Assembly (NCBI GenBank): GCA_000004985.1
Contig: GG738899.1
Reading direction: 5' to 3' (one strand)
Length of the DNA stretch: 64,000 nucleotides
Source: Naegleria gruberi
Lineage: Eukaryota
The stretch's first letter is position 1; every line of letters begins with the position of its first letter. The notes beneath the pieces were generated by a model. That model was not told the DNA's origin and searched no databases. It saw only the letters and a list, made by a program, of their open reading frames with translations. The translations under genes and the position numbers were made by a program. This document shows positions 23,203 through 34,217 of the stretch, piece by piece.

Positions 23203-24499
23203 TTAATAGTTTAAATTCTTCCATTTTTTAAAGGAACTCAACATGTTACACCCCTTTTCTTCAACAGGATTTTCATTAATAAAAATGGAAGTGAGGTTTG
23301 GCATGTTTTCACAAATTATTTTGACACCTGCGTCTGTGATATCATTCCATGATGCATCAAGATAAGTCAAATTTTGCATTCCACTAATCAGTTTGATTCC
23401 TTTATCATCAATGAAGTTCCCAGAAATATCAAGTTGCGTAAGATTATCCATTTGGCTAAATATTTTAGCGGCTTCCCCTAATTCAATATCACGAAATTTG
23501 AGAATTCGTAATTGTTTCATTCCACTAATGCTTATGGCGCCTTCTTCACCTATTTCACGATTATCAGAAATATCCAGATCGGTCAATTGTACCAGCTCAC
23601 TGATTGATTCTACATCAAATGGTGAAAGTCTATTTTCACTAACATCCAATACTGTTAAATTTTTCATTTTGGAAAATAAGTATGATAAATCATCTAGAGA
23701 ATTATTAGAAATGTCAAGATCTGTCAAATTAACCAATTTAGAAAGAAGTTTTGCACCCTTATTGGATAGATTGTTACGGGAAATATTGAGCTTGACTAAA
23801 TTCTGCAATTTAACAATAGGTTGAGTGTCATCACAACCCTTAATACCATTCCAGCTCACATTGAGTTCAGTCAAATTGTCCATTCCGCCAATATCACCAA
23901 AGTATCCCAATCCATGAGTTACAGACAGCTTTCTCACTTGCTTTAGTTTACTAATTTTTGCCATCAGCTCCAAAGGTAAATCAAAACGCCAATGCAAATC
24001 AAGTTCAACTAAATTATTCATCATTTCAAGAGCACAAACAAACTTTGTACAGGCAAAATGCAAGCAACTATCAAATCTAATTTTTTGTATATTTTCCAAA
24101 AACTGACTTTTCATCAATGATTCACTCCATGCCTCATCGATTTTAAAGTATCGAAATGGTCCTCCTCTAATCAACAAATTAAGTTTAGAATATTGTCGAA
24201 CTAAATCAAACCATTGTTTCGATATCTGTGCACAACTTCTCACAATAAACATTGAATCATCAGCAAGATAGGATAAAATTTCCAAACAAACATCATCAGA
24301 AAATATTTCTTTATGATCAGAATATTAGTAATAATATATTGATCAATTCAATTTTCTAATCAATTCTAATCGCAATAATATATAACAAACCTTCGGAAGG
24401 TCTCTTTTCTAATGTACAATAAATAATATTCTCTTCAGTAGATTTTTTCCCCTTTGTAAACAAAAGAGAGAAGACTTCCTCTGGTCTTGCTCGTTTCAT
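23203..24499 (-). CDS. F-box / leucine-rich-repeat protein (FBXL-type), 2 exons 24391-24499 and 23203-24308
   Basis: Upstream exon MKRARPEEVFSLLFTKGKKSTEENIIYCTLEKRPSE is followed by a GTTTGT donor and a 82-bp AT-rich intron ending AAAG. Exon 2 begins with F-box 'DDVCLEILSYLADDSMFIVRSCAQISKQWFDLV' and continues as cysteine-containing LRRs 'LTxLDISxNxI'. Confidence 0.75.
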
Positions 24500-24605
24500 C
24501 ACGATCTGTTTTAAATGCTATTTTTTTTTGATCATAAATCTTCCAGTTGTTTGGGGATATTTAGTCTTTCCGCCAAAATAACCCGTTAAAACAAAAAATT
24601 TAAAA

Positions 24606-25901
24606 ATGCCACAACATTCTCCCTTCATCACCTCACATCTGGTTGATCTGCTTCCAAGTTGCAACAATGAAACTTTAACAACAACACTCATGATGGCAAA
24701 GGAGAACAAATTGATAGTACTATACATTGTCGATAAGTATTTGCATTTCCATACTATTTGTGGTAGGACGATCGGAACAAGAAATGATGAGTGTAAGAAA
24801 GCCTTTGAACCGATTTGCCTTGAATCGTCCACAGAACCCATTGATAATTATTATTTTGATAATATAAAGATGGTAGAAGTGAGGGATAAAGTTTATTTAC
24901 TTTCTACCTTCCAGAATCTTGATAAAAACCTCCTTGAGGAGAGAATTGATAGAATTATATTTGATGAAAATAATCAAGTGGTTAAATTGGAATGTATTTA
25001 TCATGTCAAAAATGATTTTATTAGAAATTGTACACCACCTATTGCAGATTCTAAAAGGAATTGTATTTACATTGTTGGAGGCATTAGTGATAGTGGTGCA
25101 AGTCAGTATGCCAAAGATGTCGTAAAGATTAGTTTGGAAACATTCGTATGGGAAGTGATTGGATCAATTAACATTTATCCAGCAATGTATTGCCAATCTT
25201 CTTTACTTTGGAAGGAAAAGTTCATTATTGTGTTTGGTGGTTACAATACGTCATGTAGCGCTACTAGTGATATTCTTGCTTTCAATGTTGATTCAAAGGA
25301 ATGGTCAACTCTGTATTCCTATGATCGTTATGATAGGCCTGAAATATATCCTATTATTTATCTCTTGGTTGAAGCTGGAATGCAACTCGTAACAAACAAA
25401 TGGGCATCTCAATTTGATAAGTCCATTCCAAGTAACACGCAAGAGAATACACTTATTATTTATGGTGGAAATATCGATTGCTTTGTGGAGAAAACTCAAA
25501 TTAACAGACCTACTCACCAAGTTTTTCTATTCCATTTGGACGAATCTGAGTGGAACTCAACAGACATTAGCAAGACGAGAATTCCATTCAATTTGACTGA
25601 CTATTGTACACCTGACGATAGAAAGCTTCCTCCAATACATCAACGGAAGCAAAAGAATCCAGTTACAAACTCAAGAGGAATTCTTTTGGAAGATGGTGAT
25701 GATAATGAAGAGTATAAACTTCTTCCAGCAATGGAAAATGTAACAATGCACAAAATCAACAACACTCAATTGTTGGTTATTGGTAATACTCTCGACTGCT
25801 ATTTGTTATCCCTTAATGAACAATCAATATTCACAAAATTTCATTCAAACAATAAGCTTTCTCAATTATCAGATATTTCAACAATAACACAAACATTCTA
25901 G
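24606..25901 (+). CDS. Kelch/galactose-oxidase-type beta-propeller repeat protein
   Basis: 431-aa ORF with repeated '..IYIVGG..','..IIVFGGYN..','..LIIYGGN..' Kelch-like blade motifs. Confidence 0.55.
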   Translation: MPQHSPFITSHLVDLLPSCNNETLTTTLMMAKENKLIVLYIVDKYLHFHTICGRTIGTRNDECKKAFEPICLESSTEPIDNYYFDNIKMVEVRDKVYLLSTFQNLDKNLLEERIDRIIFDENNQVVKLECIYHVKNDFIRNCTPPIADSKRNCIYIVGGISDSGASQYAKDVVKISLETFVWEVIGSINIYPAMYCQSSLLWKEKFIIVFGGYNTSCSATSDILAFNVDSKEWSTLYSYDRYDRPEIYPIIYLLVEAGMQLVTNKWASQFDKSIPSNTQENTLIIYGGNIDCFVEKTQINRPTHQVFLFHLDESEWNSTDISKTRIPFNLTDYCTPDDRKLPPIHQRKQKNPVTNSRGILLEDGDDNEEYKLLPAMENVTMHKINNTQLLVIGNTLDCYLLSLNEQSIFTKFHSNNKLSQLSDISTITQTF

Positions 25902-26087
25902 AATTGAAAAAGTCCATGTACTGACCACGATAATTAATAATATCTGATTTGAGTGTTACTTTACCTCAATTCTTCCTAAATTAACATACCACTACAAGGT
26001 TCACCACTCTCTTTCCTTATTTAACATGCTTTTCCCCGAGATTATCAAAAATCTCAAAACATTAAAAAAATAACTCAAGATAACAAT

Positions 26088-29000
26088 ATGACAGAAAAGT
26101 GTAAAACCTATGAGAGAGATGGTCAATGTAATAACGAAAATTGTACACTGATTCATCAGACGTGTCCAAAATTTAGATCACGAGAAGGATGCTCCGAAGG
26201 TTCTTCCTGTCCATTGATTCACAATAGAAAGGTCTTTCAGAAAGATTGCCCTCGTGGTGAGTCATGTAATCAAGGATTGGCATGTAAATATTTCCATCGG
26301 AGAAGTGTTAATTTCACACAACAACAACAAAAACCTCCACTGCAACAACAACATTCTAATCATCAATTTAGGGAGAGAACCAAAGCAAATGAAAGTTCAT
26401 CAAATTTCAATGAAAAGAGAAAGTTTGAAAGAGATTATGATAGACGATCAAATAGAAAATTGGATCAAGTAGAAATTACCAGTAGCAGTAGTAATAGTAG
26501 TAATAGTACTAATTTCGGAAACGTTGATACAGAGGGAGATTATATTATGAAAGAAAATTCCTCTACATCTTTTAATGTGGAAGAAGAAATTGAAATTGTG
26601 GAGGATGTGAAGAAAATTGATTTGCTTCCGAACTCTACTACTAATAACCTATTTGTGTTGAAGGTGGATAAAAGAGATATTTCCGATGAATCTGCAAAGC
26701 TGCTAGGAGATGAAAAATCCATGATACTAATGGTGGAACAAGTAAATGCAGAGTTTGATAAAAAGAAGGAAGAATTGACAAGAAAATTATTAGATATGGT
26801 TGATGATAGAGAAGAACTTGCCACAGAAGGACCAATTATTAGAAATGAACGTAAACTATTGGAGAAACAACAAGCAAATTTCCAGAGACAAGTTCAGCAA
26901 ATTTTTTCACTCAAAGACCAGTATCCACTCTCTACAATTTTACATGCACTCTATAGAGAATGCTGCCGAGGAATGAAGAGCCTTCCTTTGTATGCATTTA
27001 GATCTGATATTATTGCAAGTTTACAAAATAATAATGTCATTATTTGTATTGGTGAAACAGGCTCTGGTAAATCTACACAAATTCCTCAATACATTCTCGA
27101 GGAAGGATATGGAAGATTTGGTAAAGTAGTGTGTACAGAACCTAGAGCAGTTGCTGCAATGTCTCTTACAAAGAGAATTTCTCAGGAAATGTCCATTAAG
27201 GAAAATAGTCTAGTGAGCCATAATTTATATGGAAAGGTTAATAACTGGTCCGATTTACTATTCATGACTGATAGAAAGTTATTGAATGAATTTCAAAATG
27301 ATGCTCTACTCTCAAAATATTCAGTTATCATTGTCGATGAAGCTCACGAAAGAAATCTATGTTCCGACATTCTAATTTCACTATTGAAGGAATGTGTAAT
27401 CAAGAGAAGTCAATCAACAACTCTAAATCCACTCAAATTAATTATAACTTCAGCAACTATTGATGAAAATCTATTTTCAACATTCTTTAATAATTGTCCA
27501 GTTATTAAAGCTCCTGGAAGAATGTATCCAGTGGATGTTTATTGGACTAAACAAAGAAAAGAAGATTACGAACAAGCAGCTGTTCAAAAAGTGTTAGAGA
27601 TTATTTCAAACAACAAATTGGAAGGTGACATTTTGGTATTTCTAAGCTCACCAGACGAAATTGATAGATGTATTAAGAAATTAGAATTTCACTCAAGGGA
27701 AAACAGAGCTCTTTCTCGCTGTTTGATTCTTCCACTCCATGGAGCACTCACGCCTGAAGAACAAGAAAGAGTATTCGAAAGAGTAAATTCTAGAAGAATA
27801 ATCTTTTCAACACGTATTGCTGAAAACTCTGTCACTATTGATGGTGTGAAAATCATTGTGGACACTGGTGTTTCACGAGAAAAATTCTACGATCAACAGA
27901 GAAACATGTCTATTCTCAAAGTGAATAATATTAGTCAAAGTTCTGCCATTCAGAGAAAGGGAAGAGCTGGTAGAACTTCATCAGGTGTATGTTTCAGATT
28001 ATTTTCCGAACAAGACTTCTCCTCAATGAGTGTAAATCCAACTCCAGAAATTTTGAATTCTAATTTAGGATTGACTTTATTGAGATTATTTTCAGCTGGT
28101 GTGAAAAATGTATTGGAATTTGATCTAATTGAAAAACCTAATCTGGAGGATATGAAGAAATCTCTCAAGAATTTAACCGACTTGCAATTTGTGGATGAGA
28201 AGCAAAACATTACACAAATGGGTAAGCAAGCTTCCAAGATGGAAATTGAACCTTCTCTTGCAAGAATGATAATTGAGGGAATTAATTTAGGAATTGGAGA
28301 TGAAATTATTCAACTAGTGTCCATTATGTCATTCTCCAACATGATCTATGCAAAATCTAAGTCTACAGATTATTTAGAAAAAGATATTATGAAAGTCTCA
28401 ACTTCAAAGGAAGGTGGTGATCTGATAACACTTCTTCACATCTTCCAAGGATTTCTTCAAGCAAAAGATAAGCGAAGATATGCAAAAGATGGAAATTTCA
28501 GTCTGAAAACATTGATCCAAGCAGAAGAAACCATGACAGATATTAGGAAGAGATTGAATTTTGAAAGATCTAGCAATAGTGAATCAAAAACAGTTGAATC
28601 CATTCAAGAAATAATTACCAGATGTGTTTGTTGTAGCATGTTTGATAATTTTGCCTATTTTCATGGCATTATTAATGGAAAGAGAGTTTACAAAATTCTC
28701 TCATCAAATATGGAAGCTTTTATTCATGGTTCATCATTTTCTAATTATTCAAGCGAGCCAATTGACTATGTAATATATGGAGAATTAGTCAAGACGGAGA
28801 AACTATTTATGAAAAATGTAACTCCTATTTCTTTAGAGTCAATCAAACCATTCATTACTTTCAATCAATCTCTAAATGTTGTAAAGAAGAAAGTGATATA
28901 TCCACTCACCAGAGGAATATTCGATTGTTTAAATGCCAATAACGGAGCATTGTTAGAATATTTAAGATTGAATATTGGATCAATTGTTGAAATGGACCCA

Positions 29001-31100
29001 GATAGAAACGAACTCGTTGTATATTTATCTGAAGGAGATCAAGTCGAAACAATCCTCAAATATGTTTATGATACAGCTGTTCAAAGATCAAATAATGAAT
29101 TCCTCGAACATCAAGTTGATTCAAAAGTAAGAGCCCTGATTGGAAGAGGAATGCAAGTTGTCAAATTACTTTTTCCAGGAGAGTTTGTAAAATGCAATAT
29201 TCTTAATATCCCAAATATGGATTATAATCACATGAGGGAAGTATTCGAGATGCATAATCTTCCAATACTCGATTGCAAACTATTCTTTGAATTGCCATCC
29301 AATAGGTATGGGACTGTAATTTTTGATTCTCCACAAACATCCAAGAAAGCTCGTGAATTATTTTCTGATTGTCAAGAGTTTCGTATAACCACAAGTGATT
29401 CAACAATAGTTCCAGAAGAAAAAGAAATGAAAAACTATCCACTCAACATTTATTTCTACTCTGAGCACGATGGTAAATGTTTCATCTATTCAGATAACGC
29501 CAATGCCCTAAACATTATTCAATCTCAGTACCTTTATGGTCAAAAGATGTTCCGTAATATTGAAAAGAAAAACCTAAAAATTGCAAACTTATCCTTCACA
29601 CTTGATGAGCACAGAATTAGAGATTTCATTCCAAGAGAACTTCATAACGATATCAGGATAGTTATGAATAGAGATAGACTTGGTAAGGAACAAGAAAATC
29701 AATTTGTTAAAAAGATGGTCAACACTATTAGACCAATGATGGAACTTTTTGGAGAATTGGAAATGTTTGAGTATGTTCCAACCAAAGACCTTGTAGGACA
29801 GTACAAGATATTGGCCAAGTTTACCAACTTGGAAAGTACAATGACAGCAATGAAAAGTTTAAATGGAGCTAGCGTCGGTGACAAGTTTATTTGGGTGGAA
29901 CCTGAATTTACGGACATCATACCATTCCCACTTGATTTGGACACTGATAATTTATTTAGAGAAGAGTTAAGGAAAATGATGAAGGAAATTTTTTCTGTTT
30001 ATGGATGCAGGTCTGGAATGTTTGAAATGAAGAATGGAAGACAAAAGGCTTTGAAAGTTAGAGCAAATTCAGAAGAAGGACTTACTAGAGCAATGGCTAT
30101 CGCTCACAAATATCTAAAGCCATATGTTCTAAAATTGGGAGTATTCGATTTCTCTATTGCATTCAAGAAAAAGTTTAGAATTCTTGAATTGACCAAAAAC
30201 TTCAAAGCTTATATTGACTTTGATATTAAGAATAATAATGTCAATATTTATCAACTCGGAATTAATCAAATGAAAGATATTGTCACTACTATTCTACAAG
30301 AAATTAGAAATTCCAATAAGGACATTATCAAGTTAACTCAATTGAAACCAATTATTGGAAATCAAGGAAAAGTTTTAAAATCTCTGCAAGAAAAATATGG
30401 AGGAAGAATTGATTTTGATTACAAACAAAAAATTATTTCTATTAACAGTTCAGATCAAGAGGAAATCAATAATTTTAAACAGGAAATTAGAAATATATTA
30501 GAAAGCCACCAAACTACCAACGAAGAAATATCTCCAGAAGACTGTCCAATCTGTTATGGACCAAAAGAGAATCCAGTTCTCTTATCGTGTGGCCATTCAC
30601 TTTGTAGAGATTGTTTTATATGTCAACTTGATCAAATGACATTTAATTGTTGTGAATGTGACAGTTTGCTAACCATTCCAGAAATCAATCTTTCTCAGGA
30701 TTTGAATTTAATTGAAAAACAAGCTCAGTATGCCGTTGAAAAATATCTTGAAAGACATCCAAATGATTTTAAACACTGTTCATCAGCTCATTGTTCTGGA
30801 ATTGTCTGCATTGATCAAAGTCAAGTAGCTCACTGTCAATCCTGTAACAAAACTTATTGTATCAAGTGTAATGAACCTCCACACCCTGGATTGGATTGTT
30901 CTAATGAGGAAGAAGCTCTAATCATTGAGTGGAAGAAGGCCAACACAAAACCATGTCCAAAATGTAAAAATAATATTGAGAAGAATGGAGGATGCAATCA
31001 CATAACTTGCTATTATTGTGGAGCTCACTTTTGTTGGTTGTGTGGATTTTTGGCCAATGGGGCTGTTGGTGTTTATACACATTTACAAACGTGTAGATAA
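26088..31100 (+). CDS. CCCH zinc-finger – DEAH-box RNA helicase – RBR (RING1-IBR-RING2) E3 ubiquitin-ligase fusion protein (plant DEAH11/12-like architecture)
   Basis: 1670-aa ORF. N-terminal C-x-C-x-H fingers. Helicase motifs 'GETGSGKSTQIPQ', 'VIIVDEAHERN', 'STRIAENSVTIDGV', 'QRKGRAGR'. C-terminal 'CPICYG..CGHSLCRDCF' (RING1), IBR, and 'CPKCKNNIEKNGGCNHITCYYCGAHFCWLCG' (RING2 catalytic Cys). Confidence 0.85.
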   Translation: MTEKCKTYERDGQCNNENCTLIHQTCPKFRSREGCSEGSSCPLIHNRKVFQKDCPRGESCNQGLACKYFHRRSVNFTQQQQKPPLQQQHSNHQFRERTKANESSSNFNEKRKFERDYDRRSNRKLDQVEITSSSSNSSNSTNFGNVDTEGDYIMKENSSTSFNVEEEIEIVEDVKKIDLLPNSTTNNLFVLKVDKRDISDESAKLLGDEKSMILMVEQVNAEFDKKKEELTRKLLDMVDDREELATEGPIIRNERKLLEKQQANFQRQVQQIFSLKDQYPLSTILHALYRECCRGMKSLPLYAFRSDIIASLQNNNVIICIGETGSGKSTQIPQYILEEGYGRFGKVVCTEPRAVAAMSLTKRISQEMSIKENSLVSHNLYGKVNNWSDLLFMTDRKLLNEFQNDALLSKYSVIIVDEAHERNLCSDILISLLKECVIKRSQSTTLNPLKLIITSATIDENLFSTFFNNCPVIKAPGRMYPVDVYWTKQRKEDYEQAAVQKVLEIISNNKLEGDILVFLSSPDEIDRCIKKLEFHSRENRALSRCLILPLHGALTPEEQERVFERVNSRRIIFSTRIAENSVTIDGVKIIVDTGVSREKFYDQQRNMSILKVNNISQSSAIQRKGRAGRTSSGVCFRLFSEQDFSSMSVNPTPEILNSNLGLTLLRLFSAGVKNVLEFDLIEKPNLEDMKKSLKNLTDLQFVDEKQNITQMGKQASKMEIEPSLARMIIEGINLGIGDEIIQLVSIMSFSNMIYAKSKSTDYLEKDIMKVSTSKEGGDLITLLHIFQGFLQAKDKRRYAKDGNFSLKTLIQAEETMTDIRKRLNFERSSNSESKTVESIQEIITRCVCCSMFDNFAYFHGIINGKRVYKILSSNMEAFIHGSSFSNYSSEPIDYVIYGELVKTEKLFMKNVTPISLESIKPFITFNQSLNVVKKKVIYPLTRGIFDCLNANNGALLEYLRLNIGSIVEMDPDRNELVVYLSEGDQVETILKYVYDTAVQRSNNEFLEHQVDSKVRALIGRGMQVVKLLFPGEFVKCNILNIPNMDYNHMREVFEMHNLPILDCKLFFELPSNRYGTVIFDSPQTSKKARELFSDCQEFRITTSDSTIVPEEKEMKNYPLNIYFYSEHDGKCFIYSDNANALNIIQSQYLYGQKMFRNIEKKNLKIANLSFTLDEHRIRDFIPRELHNDIRIVMNRDRLGKEQENQFVKKMVNTIRPMMELFGELEMFEYVPTKDLVGQYKILAKFTNLESTMTAMKSLNGASVGDKFIWVEPEFTDIIPFPLDLDTDNLFREELRKMMKEIFSVYGCRSGMFEMKNGRQKALKVRANSEEGLTRAMAIAHKYLKPYVLKLGVFDFSIAFKKKFRILELTKNFKAYIDFDIKNNNVNIYQLGINQMKDIVTTILQEIRNSNKDIIKLTQLKPIIGNQGKVLKSLQEKYGGRIDFDYKQKIISINSSDQEEINNFKQEIRNILESHQTTNEEISPEDCPICYGPKENPVLLSCGHSLCRDCFICQLDQMTFNCCECDSLLTIPEINLSQDLNLIEKQAQYAVEKYLERHPNDFKHCSSAHCSGIVCIDQSQVAHCQSCNKTYCIKCNEPPHPGLDCSNEEEALIIEWKKANTKPCPKCKNNIEKNGGCNHITCYYCGAHFCWLCGFLANGAVGVYTHLQTCR

Positions 31101-31154
31101 CCATATTTGCCAAATAGATCAAGTAGTAGAATTGAATAGTACTTAGAATAAAAC

Positions 31155-32264
31155 TTATTGATTGTTTAATAATGGGATGTGAAAAACTAAATCTTTCGAA
31201 TAAGGAATTACAGTGTCCTCCTTCTTGATGATATAACCTAATTGATTGGAGACCAGAACTGTTTTTCCATCTGTAACTCGAGGGTTGTCCAAATATAAAA
31301 AGGAATTTCGGTGAGTGTGTCCAAAACCCCAGAACGAAATATTTGAATGTTGTTTGATTATGTGATCCAAGTTTGTAGCCATACCACTTGCAAGAAACAT
31401 TTCATCTTCAAGAACAGTTCCATTAATGAATGGAGAATGATGTGTAAGAACAGCAATAGTTTCTTCTGGATGTTTTTCACATTCCTTTCTAATATATTCA
31501 ACCAACCTTTCGTGCATTTCAATGGTTTCGGATATTGTTACACATTTCTCAGAGTTGGTTTTAATTCTTCTATAATCATTCATTGAGTATTCGACTTTCG
31601 ATCTTTCTTTCAATGGTACATTTGTCCATAATGTCCCACCAACAAATCTAATTCGTTTCCCACTTTCATTTTCATATACGAAACTACTCTTGTTCAAAAA
31701 CACAAGATTATCCTTCTTTTTACAAATATCCATAATCCTCTGATCAGTTTCCGATATAATATTCCTATAATATTCATGATTTCCAGTAACAATAAACACA
31801 ATCTTGAATTTTTCAGCTTGCTCCATCACGAATTGTTCATATTCCAAACTAAACGGATCACCAATATCACCCAATAACCCTAAAACCTCACCTTTTGCTT
31901 CTATGATATTCGTTTCTCGACTAATTTTTCCATCCTCCTCTGCAACATTACTGATTAAAGCCTTTACTTGAGGAAATTCTAAATGAACATCGGAAGCAAG
32001 TTGAATGGTTAGATAATTTTCCAAATTGTTAGGATTTATTTGTACAGGATCAAATGATGGAAGCAGCAATTCCAAAGTTGCACCAGAATCTTCAATAGCT
32101 TCACTCGATTCTGCTTGTCCCATTTTTTTTTGATTTTTTTGTAAATTAATGGATTCTAATTGGAAGGTTTCATTGTAAGCTGCATCATGTGAGTGGATAA
32201 AACCCAACAATATCAACAATCCTATTGACAAACTTTCCATCGATATCATATTGTTCCAAACCAT
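31155..32264 (-). CDS. secreted calcineurin-like metallophosphoesterase
   Basis: Predicted signal peptide 'MVWNNMISMESLSIGLLILLGFIHSHDA' starts at the ATG at 32264. MPP motifs 'SDVHLE', 'GDIGD', 'VTGNHEYY', 'LTHHSP', 'GFGHTHR'. Confidence 0.75.
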   Translation of the reverse strand: MVWNNMISMESLSIGLLILLGFIHSHDAAYNETFQLESINLQKNQKKMGQAESSEAIEDSGATLELLLPSFDPVQINPNNLENYLTIQLASDVHLEFPQVKALISNVAEEDGKISRETNIIEAKGEVLGLLGDIGDPFSLEYEQFVMEQAEKFKIVFIVTGNHEYYRNIISETDQRIMDICKKKDNLVFLNKSSFVYENESGKRIRFVGGTLWTNVPLKERSKVEYSMNDYRRIKTNSEKCVTISETIEMHERLVEYIRKECEKHPEETIAVLTHHSPFINGTVLEDEMFLASGMATNLDHIIKQHSNISFWGFGHTHRNSFLYLDNPRVTDGKTVLVSNQLGYIIKKEDTVIPYSKDLVFHIPLLNNQ

Positions 32265-32475
32265 CAATTTGATTGCCAAATTCCTTTCCTAATACGGATA
32301 TCAGATAGTTCTTATCCCACTCTGAATAATTCCAATAACAAAGATCCTCTTCTTTACATAATGGCTTTGGTAATAATTTATCCCCTAATAACACCTTATC
32401 CTGTTCATCAATTGGTAAATGTTGCTTTCCCAAAAGAGTTTCTGATAACATTTGCACAACCTTTTCTCCATCCAA
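32185..32475 (-). CDS. hypothetical 96-aa ORF overlapping the 5' end of the MPP gene in another frame on the same strand
   Basis: Non-repetitive protein-like ORF 'MDGEKVVQMLSETLLGKQHLPIDEQDKVLLGDKLLPKPLCKEEDLCYWNYSEWDKNYLISVLGKEFGNQ...'. Its frame stays open upstream to ~32510. Its relationship to the MPP gene and to the 32534-32764 ORF is unresolved. Confidence 0.3.
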   Translation of the reverse strand: MDGEKVVQMLSETLLGKQHLPIDEQDKVLLGDKLLPKPLCKEEDLCYWNYSEWDKNYLISVLGKEFGNQIDGLEQYDIDGKFVNRIVDIVGFYPLT

Positions 32476-33044
32476 AAAACGAAGAATAAATCTCTCTGCT
32501 ATAAAGCTTCCACTCCTAAACTTGAATCTGTTCTTAAAGAGTATTCAAATCTCTCAAGCACAACAACAAAACTTCATGCTTAACCTTCTTTGCCTCCTTG
32601 CTGCTATTCTCTTCAAAAGCTGTTGAAAGTAATTGATGGTATGAATTATCTTCAAAGGGATTCTTGCGCTTCCTATGGGATACTATTTTTTTTTTGCTTA
32701 ATTTTCTCCATTCACCAGAAGAAAACATAACTGTAATATATTGAAAAGTTTGAATCCCCTTCAATTAAAGTTTAATGGTTTTAAGGTTTGGAAAATTTGA
32801 ATATTTTGGAACCAAAAGTAAAAAATATTAATTATTGTAAATTTTCAAATAGATCACTGAATGAGTTAATAGGTAGCAATCATACTGCAAACCAACCCTA
32901 CTACAGGAGACTCGAGCTGCAGGTTAGGGTCATAGAAGGGGATTGCTGTAAAAAACCCGGAAGTGACCTCTGTAGTTTTTTACTTTATGATTTCCTTTTT
33001 CGTTTCTGAGGAACAATGAACAGTTTTACAAAAAATCAAAAAAA

Positions 33045-34172
33045 ATGTCGCAAGAATATTCAGCGATCGTGCTAGATAATGGCTCTTGCTCCATCAAAGC
33101 AGGTTTTTCAGGATGTGAGAATCCACAAGTAGTTTTTCCATCACTCATTGCTTCTCCTTTAAAATCCAAAGAATCTGAAAATATCAAAGAAATATACCTT
33201 GTGGGAGATGAAGCTAAAATTGACAGTAGAAAGAATGTTATGGTCAGATATCCAATAGAACATGGAGTAGTGACGAATTGGGAGGGGATGGAACAGATTT
33301 GGCGTCATGTTTTTAGTCAATTACAGGTGGATTGTGAAAATCATCCTGTTTTATTGACTCAACCTCCTTGTAATCCAAAACAAAATAGAGAAAAGATGAC
33401 TGAAATAATGTTCGAAACATTTAGAATACCATCCATGTATGTTTCTATTCCTGCTGTATTGTCCTTGTTTGCAACTGGGAGGACAACTGGAATAGTTTTA
33501 GATTCTGGAGATGGTGCGACGAATATTGTTCCAATTTTTGAATCACATGCTTTAGAATATGCTGTTAGGAGATTGGATTGGGCAGGTCGTGATTTGGATT
33601 ATTATATGTCTAGAATTCTAAGTGAAAGAGGGTTCTCATTCTTTACACGAGAGGAAATGGACATTGTGAGGGAAATTAAGGAAAAACTGTGTTATGTTGC
33701 ATTGGATTTTGATAAAGAAATGGAAAATACATCAAATAGCTTGGATGTTGATTATGAATTACCAGATGGTAACATTCTCACGATAGGAAATGAAAGGTTT
33801 CGATGCCCAGAAGTGTTTTTCAAACCACACTTAATAGGAATTGAAGAACAAGGCATTCATGAGGTGATAATTAATTCAATTGGAAAGTGTGATGTGGATA
33901 TAGGACATTTGAACTTGTATGGGAATGTAGTTCTTTCAGGAGGATCCACAATGTTTACAGGAATTGGAAAGAGGCTACAAAAGGAATTATCTGAACTAGC
34001 TCCTTACTCTATGAAAATTTCGGTTGTTGATTCCCTAGGGTTTGATAGGAAATTTTTGTCATGGATTGGAGGTAGTATCCTATCATCAATGACTGCATTT
34101 CAATCTGATTGGATAGTATCAAGAGAATATAAAGAAGTTGGAAGTAGCATCGTTCACAGAAAGTGTTTCTAA
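33045..34172 (+). CDS. actin-family protein (divergent actin / actin-related protein)
   Basis: 375-aa ORF that aligns end to end with actin ('[17 protein letters not shown]', '[24 protein letters not shown]', '[16 protein letters not shown]', '[19 protein letters not shown]', '[13 protein letters not shown]') but carries many substitutions. Confidence 0.85.
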   Translation: MSQEYSAIVLDNGSCSIKAGFSGCENPQVVFPSLIASPLKSKESENIKEIYLVGDEAKIDSRKNVMVRYPIEHGVVTNWEGMEQIWRHVFSQLQVDCENHPVLLTQPPCNPKQNREKMTEIMFETFRIPSMYVSIPAVLSLFATGRTTGIVLDSGDGATNIVPIFESHALEYAVRRLDWAGRDLDYYMSRILSERGFSFFTREEMDIVREIKEKLCYVALDFDKEMENTSNSLDVDYELPDGNILTIGNERFRCPEVFFKPHLIGIEEQGIHEVIINSIGKCDVDIGHLNLYGNVVLSGGSTMFTGIGKRLQKELSELAPYSMKISVVDSLGFDRKFLSWIGGSILSSMTAFQSDWIVSREYKEVGSSIVHRKCF

Positions 34173-34217
34173 AATACTAATTGGTAACGTAAAACACAAT
34201 AAGTTTAAGAATTTTAT

